Origin: Histomonas meleagridis 2922-C6/04-290x
Taxonomy: Eukaryota; Protista; Parabasalia
Assembly: GCA_020184695.1 (NCBI GenBank)
Contig: JAANOX010000140.1
Span: 1-64,000, forward strand
Length of the DNA: 64,000 nt
Reading direction: 5' to 3'
The notes beneath the pieces are model-generated. The model was not told where the DNA came from, did no database searches, and saw only the letters and a list, made by a program, of their open reading frames with translations. Positions 1 to 11,814 of the stretch are shown here, in pieces (the stretch's first letter is position 1; each line of letters opens with the position of its first letter). The position numbers and the translations under genes were made by a program.

Positions 1-209
1 TATCTCTTACAAATTGGGCATTTGTGTTCCCTCTCAGGAAAGCTATTTAAGATTGTGTAACACCTAATACAGAATTTGTGGTCACAATTTCCAAATGATA
101 ACATACTTTTCCCTGAAGAGTAACTTTGGTTACAAAGAGGACATACATCCCTGCAAAGATATGTTGGAGTTTGACACCGAGATGTTTTGTATTTCTTTTC
201 TTTTTCCAT
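1..209 (-). CDS. Small C3HC4 RING-finger protein (runs to window edge; at least 69 aa)
   Basis: Manual translation from ATG at 209: MEKEKKYKTSRCQTPTYLCRDVCPLCNQSYSSGKSMLSFGNCDHKFCIRCYTILNSFPEREHKCPICKR, then TA at the edge. Spacing C-x2-C...C-x-H-x2-C-x2-C...C-x2-C is a canonical RING. Not in the ORF track. Confidence 0.85.
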   Translation of the reverse strand, partial: MEKEKKYKTSRCQTPTYLCRDVCPLCNQSYSSGKSMLSFGNCDHKFCIRCYTILNSFPEREHKCPICKR

Positions 210-509
210 TATTAAAAATTTTGTGTTCGTTATGACCAATTAACAATTGAAAATTTTATAAAAACACCAAAAAAAAATAATATATATCGAAATATAAATG
301 ACTTTGTAAAATATGTAACCGGCTATAGTAGTTACGGGTTATCATAAAATGGATTAGAAAAAAAAATTGGTAAAAAAATTTTTTTCATGATAATCAATGA
401 ATGCAATATTTGTTACTTTAATTTTAGTTTCCATCTTGAATTCGTCCTTAAAGAAGTTATGTTATAGTTATATTTAAAAATATTTTCATAGAAAAATAAT
501 TTATTCAAT

Positions 510-1106
510 TTACCGTTCAGGTTCAAATGTGAAAGATGGAAGATTTCCTCTCCCAATGATATTAAAGAAATCTGGTGGTGAATTAGGATCTTGTAAATAT
601 GTTGGTTTTGGCCAAGGAAGATCGTCCTTCGATAAAGAAGAAATGTCATCACCTTGACCACCATTAACATTGATATAATTTTGTTCATGCATATCAGTCT
701 CTCGTTTATTTTTTTGTTTTGGTTCATTTCCGCGGCGCCCGTTTCGTTGTTGCGAATATTGAACTTGATCCATTCGAGTTCGACGTTGTGTTGGAATGGG
801 TTGTTGTTGTTGCTGTTGTTGTTGATATATTGGTTCTTGTGGTTGTTGCATCATGATTATTTGTTGTTCTGGTGCATACATTGGAACTTTGCTTGGGTAG
901 CCACTGATAGGAATAGTATAGTTCGCTGATTGAATAAACTGTGGATGATACTGTGTTTGTTGAATAAAACGGTATGGTGGATAATATGAAAAAGGGTCAT
1001 TATAACCAACTTGTTGTTTGGTGCCATTACGTTTAGGTGATGAAGGCATCACTGGGATGGCTTGTTGCCCATAAACACTCGCGAACTGATTCCCCCTGAA
1101 AGTCAT
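510..1106 (-). CDS. Gln/Pro/Tyr-rich low-complexity hypothetical protein (198 aa) with polyQ tract
   Basis: ATG-started ORF with GC above its AT-rich flanks and a QQQQQQQQ tract; no recognisable domain. Confidence 0.7.
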   Translation of the reverse strand: MTFRGNQFASVYGQQAIPVMPSSPKRNGTKQQVGYNDPFSYYPPYRFIQQTQYHPQFIQSANYTIPISGYPSKVPMYAPEQQIIMMQQPQEPIYQQQQQQQQPIPTQRRTRMDQVQYSQQRNGRRGNEPKQKNKRETDMHEQNYINVNGGQGDDISSLSKDDLPWPKPTYLQDPNSPPDFFNIIGRGNLPSFTFEPER

Positions 1107-2611
1107 TGGCTTTTGCTTTTGTTGCTTTACAACACTTAGAATTTATTTCAATTTTCATATGGTTTGTGGCGGCATAAAAATAAGGATTTAAAATGAAATT
1201 ATTCCTTGATAAATTCAAAAAAATATGAACATTATTTTAAATTAAATAATCAAGAAATAATATTATTAAAGAATTTTAAATAAAAGTATCATTTCAATTA
1301 ATAGAAAATTTTAAATCTTTTTCAATTTTGTTGAAAACTTATTTATCTTTGATATTTAGATCATATATTAATATACATTGATAATGTTGATATAATTATA
1401 ATAATTTTTTCTAAAATAATAAAGATAATTATTCACCTAGAAAATACGGTTTCTGCTTTGAAAGTTGAAATGTTGGTTAATTTCAAAGCATCGAAAAAGA
1501 GCGGTTTTTGTTTGTGTTTTCCGGCCAATTTATAGAAAAAAAGTGCATTTCTTTATTTTTTTTCAATGAGATTTGTGTACAATTTTGATTCCCATTCAAA
1601 CAAAATTCAGAGCAAGAACGTTACACACCATCTTTTATATGTCATCGTCTTGTTAATGGTCAAAATTTGAGTTAACGGTTGGGTATTTTTTTATTAACCA
1701 AAGATTTCGTTCTTCGCATTCAATTTAGTCTCCATCAAATTGAATCACTTTTTTTCCATATCATTTTATAATCCTATGAAGCCAGATATCTACACAAAAA
1801 AGTGTGTATTTACAAAAACCCTGAGGAAAAGTGCCTTTCGACCGTTAAAAAGGAAGAATCTATAAGATTAAGTTTTTCAGTTCGTCACTCGATTTGATAT
1901 TTACTCATACAATGTACTTCTATGTAATTTGATCAGCATATGAATTGAGTATGTTTGTTTGGGAGATAGGCGGTTTTTGATAACACAAAGAGAGAAACTT
2001 TGAATAAATCTGGATATAATAATATTTTATATTTTAAATAATTATCGAATACATTAAGTTATTTAAAAATATTATAACATTATAATTATAGAATTATACA
2101 AATTTGTTACATCTTTCATATTAAATTTCATGATTATCATTGTCTTCATTTTGCTTCATCTTTAAATTCATAAAAACAACTTTAAATACTGTTGTACTTC
2201 GGGGATACTTGTATTGTTTTTAATGACAAAAGTGTGCACACGTGGCCTGAGTTCTAATGGACTCGTTCAGGGGCTGATTCTGATTCTGTTGGTGATGATT
2301 CATTTAATGTCTTGAAAATTTTAACCATTTTTTGTGATAACCTTTAAAGGGAAGCTTAACTTGTAAAGCTTTAATTATTTTTGGTTTTTGAGGCAGATTC
2401 TCCAATTTTAAACTCTATTTACAGACTTGCTAATTTGAAGTGGATTTATATCTGTTCGTACCCCTTAAGCAAACATAAATATATTTATATAACATTATAA
2501 ATTTCGATTGTTGTTATTAAGGAAAGACTCAATTTTAAATTGTTTTTTCGTTTACATCTCTTTTATTTCCTCAAACAAAAATCAGAAAACAAAACTTATT
2601 CCTTTATACAC

Positions 2612-4862
2612 TTACTTTTTCTTCAAAAGTTCATATGTTTTATCATATGATGATTCGATTTCAACGCAATTTCCCTTTGGAATGTTCACGATTTCGATTG
2701 TTCCGTCTTCTGTTTCTGCTGCAAAATTTGTTTTATCAATTACGCCGATGATTTTATATTTCTTCCCATTGTATACAACTTTATCTTGCGGAAGAAAGCC
2801 CGAGTCAGCGCAGTGCGTGATGTCGATCCAACACTCTCCGACTGCTGTGGCGGCTTTCGTTGGCACGCTGATGCGCCCTGTACAGCAGCTTCGGCTCTGC
2901 TTCAAGCGCTGCGCACTCGTTGTTGTCGTGGTACTCAACATATATTTGCCCTTCGCTGATGCCGCAAACTTCGCAGTGTCGCTCGTGCACCAAAAGTTCA
3001 TCGCCGGGAAGAAGCGTTTGGTTAATGAAATCGTTCGTATCGACGCTAAGTTCAATATTTCTTCCGTCACTTAATTTTTTGACTCTTTTCCCCGGCTTTG
3101 TGATCCTTGCGATAAGTTCATATTTTTCTTTGAAATTTTCTTCTTCGAAATATCCAACGCCAAAACCGTTTTTCATCAAAAATTCAGTGGAAAAAACCGC
3201 CCGTTCCTTACCGTCAACCGTCGAAACTCCCACAAAAAAAGCGGTTTGACTGTTTGCCCTTATCACGTCGCACGGATAAAGGCCAAATTCGGCGTGCGAA
3301 CTTTGCGAGAAATCAACAAAAATCGGCCTCCCGCCGATGTCACTAAAGCAGTCCCCGTAATGCGACATTGACCTGCGTATTTTCATTTCCTCGCTTCCCT
3401 TTATCACGCGCAGCAATTCGCCGTCGGACACGAAGAGAATTATGTGATCGCTGTCCGCGCTGCCGCTGTACACGCCGACGCCAAACGAGTCGCACGAAAC
3501 AACGTCGCCAAGCTCGCAGCCTTTGATTGGCTCGACGTTGTACAGCAAAATGTCTCCGTTTGCGTCAGTTTCTTGTTTCACTGTTACGTTGTTACGCGCA
3601 ATAAGTTTGTGCGCAGCGTGCAGCTGATGACTGTTCGCGCGCGAGCACATGCGAATTCAGATGAGTACCGGATCAAAGCGAGCCGCAGCGCGCACGAGAA
3701 CAGTGCCGCGACCGAGATGCGCGTGCTCAATGACATCGCCCGATCGAAAGTGTGAAATCTTTGCGAGCGCTTTCGCAGACACGTCGAGTTGCAGATCGCC
3801 GCCGCAGCCGAAAGAGAAGTTACGTATGTCAGCGCCGGCGCGCGACTCGAGGCGCCAATCGAAGAGATACGTCCCAATCGATAAAATGTCCGAAAATTTG
3901 ATTTCTTGCGTGTACTCATCGAAGTAACACAACTTACTTCCATCAAATGCTGTCCCAACTATCGTAGCAACGTTATCATTCATATAAATATTTCGTTTTT
4001 GGAGACTGAGAAGTGGTCAATCATTGACGGCGAATTAATGCGAATGTATGAATTTGACGACGGACCAGAAAATGCAATGCTGTAAAGTTCGCCGCACGAA
4101 AGAATAAGAAGTAATTCATCACTGAATACGCCGATTTGTGTAATAGGCCGATGGAACATAGGGAAATCATATGTAAACTGTTCGCGAGCCCCAACGTGCA
4201 TGTGCACAATGTTGTGATACGAGTCAATTCCAATGATTCGCTCATGAGAATTATAAACTTCGCGAACAGAACTACTTAAAAATGATGAAACGAGATACAA
4301 ATCGCCGCATGCAAGTAACTTATTGCCTGCAACTGGCTCTGTGCTGTAGAGGCGATTGTCGCTGAGAAGAAGTATGTATTGAGATGCCGTCGAATGAACT
4401 GATTTGATGGTTTTACCTGTGGGAAGTTTGTACTCTTTCGTGTTTGTAAGTGTAAAATAAACAGTGGCACTGGCCCCAGCTCCAACAAGAAGTGCATGGA
4501 AACACTTATGTCAATAACATTAGTTTGATTAAGGGGAATAATAGTCTCTGAATAGCCTTGGCCACAGACATACACACAACCATCTTGTGTTAAAATCGCA
4601 AATAATTTACTTGAAATGAAACTTTTTGATGAGCTTTGTTTTTTTAATAAGGGGAATGAATAGATTGATATGAATAACTCTTATTTTTGGTAAATTTAGG
4701 TTCGCCATTTAAAAGAATATCACCACTACTTGTTAAAAAAATTTGATATGTTTTTGTTGAAAATCGATCTACAATATCTTTATCACATAGCTCGTCACAT
4801 CTTTTGAATTCTTGCTTTGTTATCTCTTTGACATTTTCTGCTTTTAGTGAGAAAACTTTCAT
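2612..4862 (-). CDS. RCC1/BLIP-II-like beta-propeller plus repeated GxxxGD-x-V modules (left copy, several frameshifts)
   Basis: ORF pieces 4644-4862, 4276-4575, 3980-4300, 3657-3983, 2805-3650 and 2612-3070 concatenate to the near-continuous 776-aa right copy. RCC1-like blades such as VSISSKLFAILTQDGCVYVCGQG. Confidence 0.6.
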
Positions 4863-5068
4863 TCTTCAAATTGGAAAAGTTACACAAAACCGTTTAAAAA
4901 CGTTCTCCAAAAAACAAAAACAAAATTCGCACTTCTATTTTACTAACAAAAAAGTGTTCGCTCAGAAGAATTTGATAAAATTCTTCTTCAATTTCTTAAT
5001 AAGAATTTGATGTATTCTTTAATGTAGTTTGGAAATTGTTTTCGTTAATATTATCATTCTTTGCTATG

Positions 5069-8000
5069 TTACATTTCTTTGTTAACATTCGTTTCTTCCT
5101 TATGTAAAGTTCCTTTTTCTTTACTTTCGATTTCATTACGTAAATTTGTTTCTTCGTTATCATTGTATGAATTTGTTTTGTTATGTATTTCATTCATATT
5201 TGCTATAACATTATTATAATTCGCTTTTTCATTATTTGCATTTGCTTCTTCGCTGTTTGTAATTGCTTTGTGTTTGTTTTCTGTTGTTTCATCTTCACGC
5301 ACTTCATTGGCATTCACTTCTTCTTCGTTTTCTGTTTCATTTTTTGTATTTGTTTCTTTACTGTTAACATTTGCTTTACTATTTACTTCTGTCTCTTCGT
5401 TATATTCAGTTGTTTCTTTACTATGTTCTGTTCTATTTTTTGGTGTTTCATCTTCGTTATTACGCTCTATTTCATCAATAGAATTTGTTTCTTCGCCATT
5501 TTCTTTGTATTTATCTTTTTCATTTTCTACTTCATTCCTTATAATTGTTTCTTCTTTATCATTTGCGTCTCCACTGTTTATGTTTGCTTTCTCATTATTT
5601 GATTTTGTTTCTTCTTTATTTATATCTGCGCTTTCGTTATGTTCTATTTCATTGACTTCTATATCTGTTTCATTGTTTGTTTCTTCACTTTTTACTATGA
5701 TTTCGCTGTTTATTTCGTGAACATTCGCATTGTCATAATTTTCATTTTGTTTCTTCACTATGTTCTGTTTGTTTGTTTACATTTTTAATATTTGCATTAT
5801 CGTTTTCTTCGTTATCCGTTTCATTATTCGAATTTGTATCTGTTTCTTCGTTATGTTCATTTTCCTCTTCACTTACTTCGTTAACATTTACATTATCATT
5901 CGCTTCTTCATTATTTATAATCGCATTATCAGTACTATTCGCCTTCTCTTTGTTTACTGTATCTTCATTTTCGTTTTCTTCTTCGTTATTAATATTATCA
6001 ATGCTTATACTTACATTGTTATTAGCAATATTTGTTTCTTCATTATATTCTGTTTCTTCATTTACATTTGCTTCTTCTTTTACATTTATTTCTTCATTTA
6101 CATTTGCTTCTTCTTTTACATTTATTTCTTCATTTACATTTGCTTCTTCTTTTACATTTATTTCTTCATTTACATTTGTTTCTTCTTTTGCATTTATTTC
6201 TTCATTTACATTTGTTTCTTCTTTTACATTTATTTCTTCATTTACATTTGCTTCTTCTTTTGCATTTATTTCTTCATTTACATTTGTTTCTTCTTTTGCA
6301 TTTATTTCTTCATTTACATTTGCTTCTTCTTTTGCATTTATTTCTTCATTTACATTTGTTTCTTCTTTTACATTTATTTCTTCATTTACATTTGTTTCTT
6401 CTTTTTACATTTATTTCTTCATTTACATTTGTTTCTTCTTTTGCATTTATTTCTTCTTTTTATTTTTTCTTCTTTTACATTTTTTTCTTCATTTACATTT
6501 TGTTTCTTCTTCTTTTACATTTTTTTCTTCATTTTCATTTTTTTCTTCTTTTTCTTTTATTTCTTCATTTACATTTGTTTCTTCTTTTACATTTATTTCT
6601 TCATTTACATTTGTTTCTTCTTTTACATTTATTTCTTCATTTACATTTGCTTCTTCTTTTACATTTATTTCTTCATTTACATTTGTTTCTTCTTTTGCAT
6701 TTATTTCTTCATTTACATTTGTTTCTTCTTTTACATTTATTTCTTCATTTACATTTGTTTCTTCTTTTACATTTATTTCTTCATTTACATTTGTTTCTTC
6801 TTTTGCATTTATTTCTTCATTTACATTTGTTTCTTCTTTTACATTTATTTCTTCATTTACATTTGTTTCTTCTTTTACATTTATTTCTTCATTTACATTT
6901 GCTTCTTCTTTTGCATTTATTTCTTCATTTACATTTGTTTCTTCTTTTACATTTATTTCTTCATTTACATTTGTTTCTTCTTTTACATTTATTTCTTCAT
7001 TTACATTTGCTTCTTCTTTTGCATTTATTTCTTCATTTACATTTGTTTCTTCTTTTACATTTATTTCTTCATTTACATTTGTTTCTTCTTTTGCATTTAT
7101 TTCTTCATTTACATTTGTTTCTTCTTTTGCATTTATTTCTTCATTTACATTTGCTTCTTCTTTTACATTTATTTCTTCATTTACATTTGTTTCTTCTTTT
7201 ACATTTATTTCTTCATTTACATTTGCTTCTTCATTGTGTTCTTTTGTTTCTTCATTTGTATTTGTTTCTTCATTATGTTCTGTTTCTTCACTTGTTTCGT
7301 TGATGTTTATATTTTCAATATTATCCATTTCATTATTTATGTTAACAATAATATTATTAAGAAGTTCAAGATTTGGAATCAAAAATGCTGTTCTCATCAT
7401 TCTTTTCACTACTTTTCCAAATTGTTGTACATCATTTGAATCGTTTCGTCAATTTCGGATGACGTTGGTGAGTGAAACAAATCATTAACTGATGACAAAT
7501 GAAAATTCGATGAAAAAATTCCGTTTTCATTAATTTCGATATTTTTCCCAATTTCGATTTTAAGTTTATCAAATATGAAACTCAAGCAAAGTCTCATCCA
7601 TGAGTTCGGGCGTGAATCGTTATGACCGCCTTTCATTAAAAATATCGTTTTGTCTTCTGCTGCGCATGAATTGTATAATTGTAATGCATGATAAAAAGGA
7701 ATAAAATTATCATCTTCCGAGTGTCCAATGATCGTTGGCGTGTTCGATTTACGAACTGATTCGAGCGGACTAACGTCATAAACATCGAAACCCGCAATTT
7801 TAAGAATGCGACTACGAAGATACCACGTGGCCATGCCTACGAATGCGCGCGGGAAATTAACTGTTGCCGCACCGTCACGAAATAGTTCTGGTAATGAAAA
7901 GAAATGATGAGTCGCTAATTACGCCTGAAAGAAATGGCGACTTAACAAGAAGCGCCGAACTTGCACCCATAGAACGTCCCCATAAAACAAACGACTGAAT

Positions 8001-8411
8001 GTCAAATGTTTGGTTAAGACGTCCCATCAAAAATTCGATGTCTTGTTTTTCGAAATAACCTAAAGAAACATATTCTCCTTCACTATTACCACATCCTGCA
8101 AAATCAAAACAAAACAAATAAATGTCTTTGACGCATATATTTGGTATCAAAAATTGTCCTTCTAACTGACTTGAAACGTTTCCATGAAGATAAATAACAC
8201 ACTTACTACTATTCATCGGATCTGATTCAATACTATGATAAAGTGACCCAACAATTTCTTGGTTTCGTGAATTAACAAAAGAAATTGGAATTCGTAAAAA
8301 ACGTTTGTCTCCTGACTCGAAAACCAATGGAATATCTTCAAGATTATAATGTTGACGTGGTGGACGAATGACGGCGTTGATCGCTATTTGGATCAAGTTT
8401 GTGCTCGCCAT
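5069..8411 (-). CDS. Alpha/beta-hydrolase (ABHD13/17, S9-like) fused to a ~780-aa Glu/Asn-rich repeat tail (left copy, frameshifted)
   Basis: Motifs YLHGN, FDFAGCGNSEG, nucleophile elbow WGRSMG, GHSEDD and GGHN. ORF pieces 7875-8417, 7409-7834, 6489-7409 and 5069-5758 plus intervening sequence join by 1-nt shifts; likely start MASTNL at 8411. Confidence 0.8.
6050..7235 (-). repeat. Coding tandem repeat, 36-bp unit (two 18-bp halves) encoding EE(T/A)NVNEEIN(V/A)K
   Basis: Directly visible TTTACATTTGTTTCTTCTTTTACATTTATTTCTTCA repeats, with a degenerate patch at ~6440-6560. Confidence 0.95.
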
Positions 8412-8579
8412 TTGCACAAAGAGTTGATATTTCTGTGTTGAACGATTAAAAAGTCACTTTTTGGTTAACGGTCCCCATTTTTTAAAATCTTGTAAAAATT
8501 TAATAAAGAAAAACAAATCTTTGATTTATTAATATTAAAATTATATTGAACATTTTATTCAGTAAAATCCTTATCGTTG

Positions 8580-9125
8580 TTATTGTGATAACGCTGAAAA
8601 TTTCCAATTTCCTTCCATTTCTTCAACTGAAACAAAATTTAATGAAAGTGGTTTAATAAATTCTTTAGATATTGTTGGAATAACTTTGTACCCAAAATGA
8701 AGAAGTGCACCTGCGAAAATTCCTTCCATAAAATGTTTATATGCGTTATACCAAAAAATATATTGTTCGCCTGGTGATGATGAACTAACTGAAAGTGAAT
8801 TAAACCAATCTGGCGGAGTGTCATAAGTAAATGTTAATGTTTTGTTAATCGACTTTTGTGAAATTTGATACTTACATTCAATGTCAAATAATGTTTTAGA
8901 GAATATCGTAGAAAGGAAAATACATATCTCTTCTAAGGTAGTGCCTTCCATAGGCATGTTTCGACAAAGTTGTGAAACCATTGCAAAACCTGGATGTTTC
9001 GCAAAATTATAAATATGAAGATTAATATGAATTCGATTGTCTGTAATCCCATCAAACTTTTTTGCAATCTCTCTAACTGCTTCATTAACAAGTAATTGAG
9101 GAAATGGATTTCTTTCTCTTTTCAT
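8580..9125 (-). CDS. TRAPP Bet3-family subunit (Trs33/TRAPPC6-like), left copy intact
   Basis: ~181 aa. GFAMVSQL...LEEICIFLSTIFSKTLF and FMEGIFAGALLHFG resemble the Bet3-family segments G-x-R-L...KFICKDFW and F-x-x-G-x-x-x-GAL-x-x-G. Start at 9125 is preferred over 9152. Confidence 0.5.
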   Translation of the reverse strand: MKRERNPFPQLLVNEAVREIAKKFDGITDNRIHINLHIYNFAKHPGFAMVSQLCRNMPMEGTTLEEICIFLSTIFSKTLFDIECKYQISQKSINKTLTFTYDTPPDWFNSLSVSSSSPGEQYIFWYNAYKHFMEGIFAGALLHFGYKVIPTISKEFIKPLSLNFVSVEEMEGNWKFSALSQ

Positions 9126-9154
9126 ATGAAAAAGTGTCAATAATAATTCCATGA

Positions 9155-9319
9155 AACCGTTAAAATTATCTTTATAAAAAAATCAATTTTTATAAAATAA
9201 TTATCATTATTTTAAACATAATTTTAGTCTCAAAATTTCTTTCATTTAAAGAATATACTTTATTTTAATTTGGAATTAACTTTGTTTTTTGAAGTTAATT
9301 TTTTCTTCATTAAACGGTT
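9155..9319. promoter_or_regulatory. Bidirectional promoter between TRAPP-like gene and VPS16 with two divergent AACGGTT (M3/Myb-type) motifs
   Basis: AACCGTT at 9155-9161 (sense for TRAPP, ~30 nt before its ATG) and AACGGTT at 9313-9319 (sense for VPS16, ~47 nt before its ATG). The same motif lies 26 nt before the RCC1-like ATG (4888-4894). It matches the trichomonad M3 core-promoter consensus. Confidence 0.45.
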
Positions 9320-9365
9320 TCTTCATATAACATTTATATCAAACAAACATTCAGAAAACAACAAA

Positions 9366-11731
9366 ATGTTTGAATCTCTTTTCGACAATTGGATTACAAT
9401 AGGTGATTATAAACTTGAACTTATTAAACTTAGTGATTTTGAAGATTCTGATTATTTACGATCTAACAAACATTATTACTTTTATTGTGGAGGACCAATT
9501 ATTAATTATTCTTCACATGATTCACGATTTTTAAATTTCCTTTCTAATAGTGGTAAACCCATTTCACATCCTATTCAGTTTAAGAGAGCAGAATTTGCGA
9601 ATACGATTTTTGGTTTTCCAGATGGTCATTTATTTTTTTTATCATATGATGGTAATATCAGTATTACAGATACACAAGGGAATATTGTTGATGAGATACC
9701 ATCTCTTAATAATAAAACTATTTTATGTTCACATGTTACAAGTAAAGGTTATGTTTATATTAAAGATGATCATTATCTTAACTGTTACAAAGGACTTATT
9801 AATCCATCGCATTTTTCATATCAATTAATTGTTGATAGTGATCCATGTTTTGTTAGTTTAATTAATGATGATCCATTTACTACAGTCATTGTCACCACGA
9901 ACAATAACATTTACTTAAGTACGCCGAATGGTATTGTTCAACTAAAACATATAAATGAGAAAATCACGAATATTAGTGCGCCATTCAAAGGTAATTACAT
10001 TGGCGTTATTTGCGACACCACAGTATACTTTATTTCGAGCGATGTCAATGATACGTCAGATCCAATAATTCTTTATAATGTTTCGTCACCATTTGGATGG
10101 ATACAAAATAATATATTTATGTATTCGAATGAACGCACATTACAATTAATTATCCCGAAAACTAATTTTCATATTACATTAAATGTGTTTCAAATTCTTG
10201 ACATATTCGAAGACATTGAATACGTTCGAATTTACGCGCGCTCTGGCTGTTATATTCTTCGTCCTGTGCCGACATCGATTATATCATTGACGACAGATCG
10301 ACTTTCATCGTCAATTAAGAAGTTAACAGATTCATATTCATTATATCTCAAGCGGAACATTGAAAGTTATAATTTATTACAAGTGCTTAAAGGGGAATGT
10401 TGAAAATTTAGTTCTTTTTTATTATTAGATGCAGCGCGCGATTGTCTCGACATTGACAACCAAAAAAATATTTGCTCGAGTCTTGCGTGCTACGGCCGCT
10501 ATTCGTATGAATGTAAGAACGTCAAAGAGTACACAGAAACATTACGAAACTTACGATTAATTAACACATTAAATTCTCCTGAATATGGATTTGCGCTTAC
10601 GCCAGACATAATGATAAATCACATTTCAGACGTATTTTCTAGTGTTATGGAATTACATTATTATCAATTAGCTATCGAGTTATGTAAAATATTTCAATTT
10701 GATATCACTAATGTTATTGAGCATTGGTCCATTAATATGTTTTCTAAATTTGGCGACTCAGCACTTAATACGATACTTTCGCGTTGTTCTAAATATGATA
10801 CTATTAATTATTATAAAATCGGTGAATCAGCTAAAAACTTTCACTTAATTTTTCGTACCATTTATACTATTGCGCAAACGTATTAATTTGCCCTAAAGAA
10901 AAGAATTCAATTTATGTATTCATTTGATAGAGAATCCACGTTAAATATGGTATTGCACATATTTGATGGCGATTCAATTATTACATATTTGATGCTACTT
11001 GATAAACAAGAACGCGAAAGATTCGTTGAAAGAATATCCGCAATTTCTTGAACAATATTTATCATATAAGAAATATCAAATTGCGGAAGAAATTGCACAA
11101 AAATCGAACGAACAATCGAAACTTCCAGAAATACAAATTTGCGAAGCCTTATTCGGCCGGTTCTTGCAGTCTTCTTTATAGCTGTGACCATTCGCAGTTT
11201 GGTAAATCAATTTCATCGCTTGAATATTCGGAGAATTTCTTTGATAAAAAGTCGACATTTAATAATATATTAACATCGCATAAGAAATTATTACAAATTG
11301 CGCGTAAATATAAGATAAACGTTGAACAATTTAAAAATGTTACTCCGCGTGAGTTACTTATACATTCCATAATGAATAAAGATGAAAAACTCGAAAAAGA
11401 AATTGTTAAAAGTTTTGGATTTAGTTCCAAAATTGTAACATATAACAAACTTGACACATTTGCCCGGAATAAAATGTGGAACGAACTCGACGAATTTACG
11501 CGTATTCCAAATCCGGAAGTCGGATGGGACATATTTGCGTCGGTTTGTTTGGAGTACAATGAAATTGATCACGCGCTGAAATTCATTTCATTAATTAAAG
11601 ATAAAAAGCGTCAAATGGAAGTGTTTGTTCGTCATGGATTGTTTTCACAAGCAGCAAAAATTGCGCGCGAATTAGGTTTGAATGATTTAGCTAAAGATTA
11701 TGATAAAAAAGGAAAAGCAGCAACTGTATAA
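9366..11731 (+). CDS. VPS16: Vacuolar protein sorting 16 (HOPS/CORVET subunit), left copy frameshifted
   Basis: LLDAARDCLDIDNQKYLLSLACYGR, LRLINTLNSPEYGFALT and LDTFARNKMWNELDEF...GWDIFASVCLEYN..AAKIARE match Vps16_N/Vps16_C signatures. Confidence 0.85.
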
Positions 11732-11814
11732 TAATAATAATAAATTTTTTATGGATCAAAACTTTGTTCTATTTAAATAAAAGAAATTATTAAAATTTTA
11801 TTTTTAATATATTA

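Noticed and set aside
1815-1845. RNase P/MRP CR-I-like GAGGAAAAGTGCC or U5-like GCCTTTCGAC
   Set aside because: The matches are inexact, the right-arm copy differs, and no partner conserved regions were found.
2508-3958. Plus-strand and alternative-frame ORFs overlapping the RCC1-like gene (188, 109, 103, 124, 92 aa)
   Set aside because: These are by-products of locally high GC in the true coding strand and have no recognisable motifs.
5760-7488. Long 423-571-aa ORFs (FFIYICFF, SSFTF, HLHL repeats) and their mirrors at 57864-59530
   Set aside because: They are stop-free antisense shadows of the Glu/Asn coding repeat.
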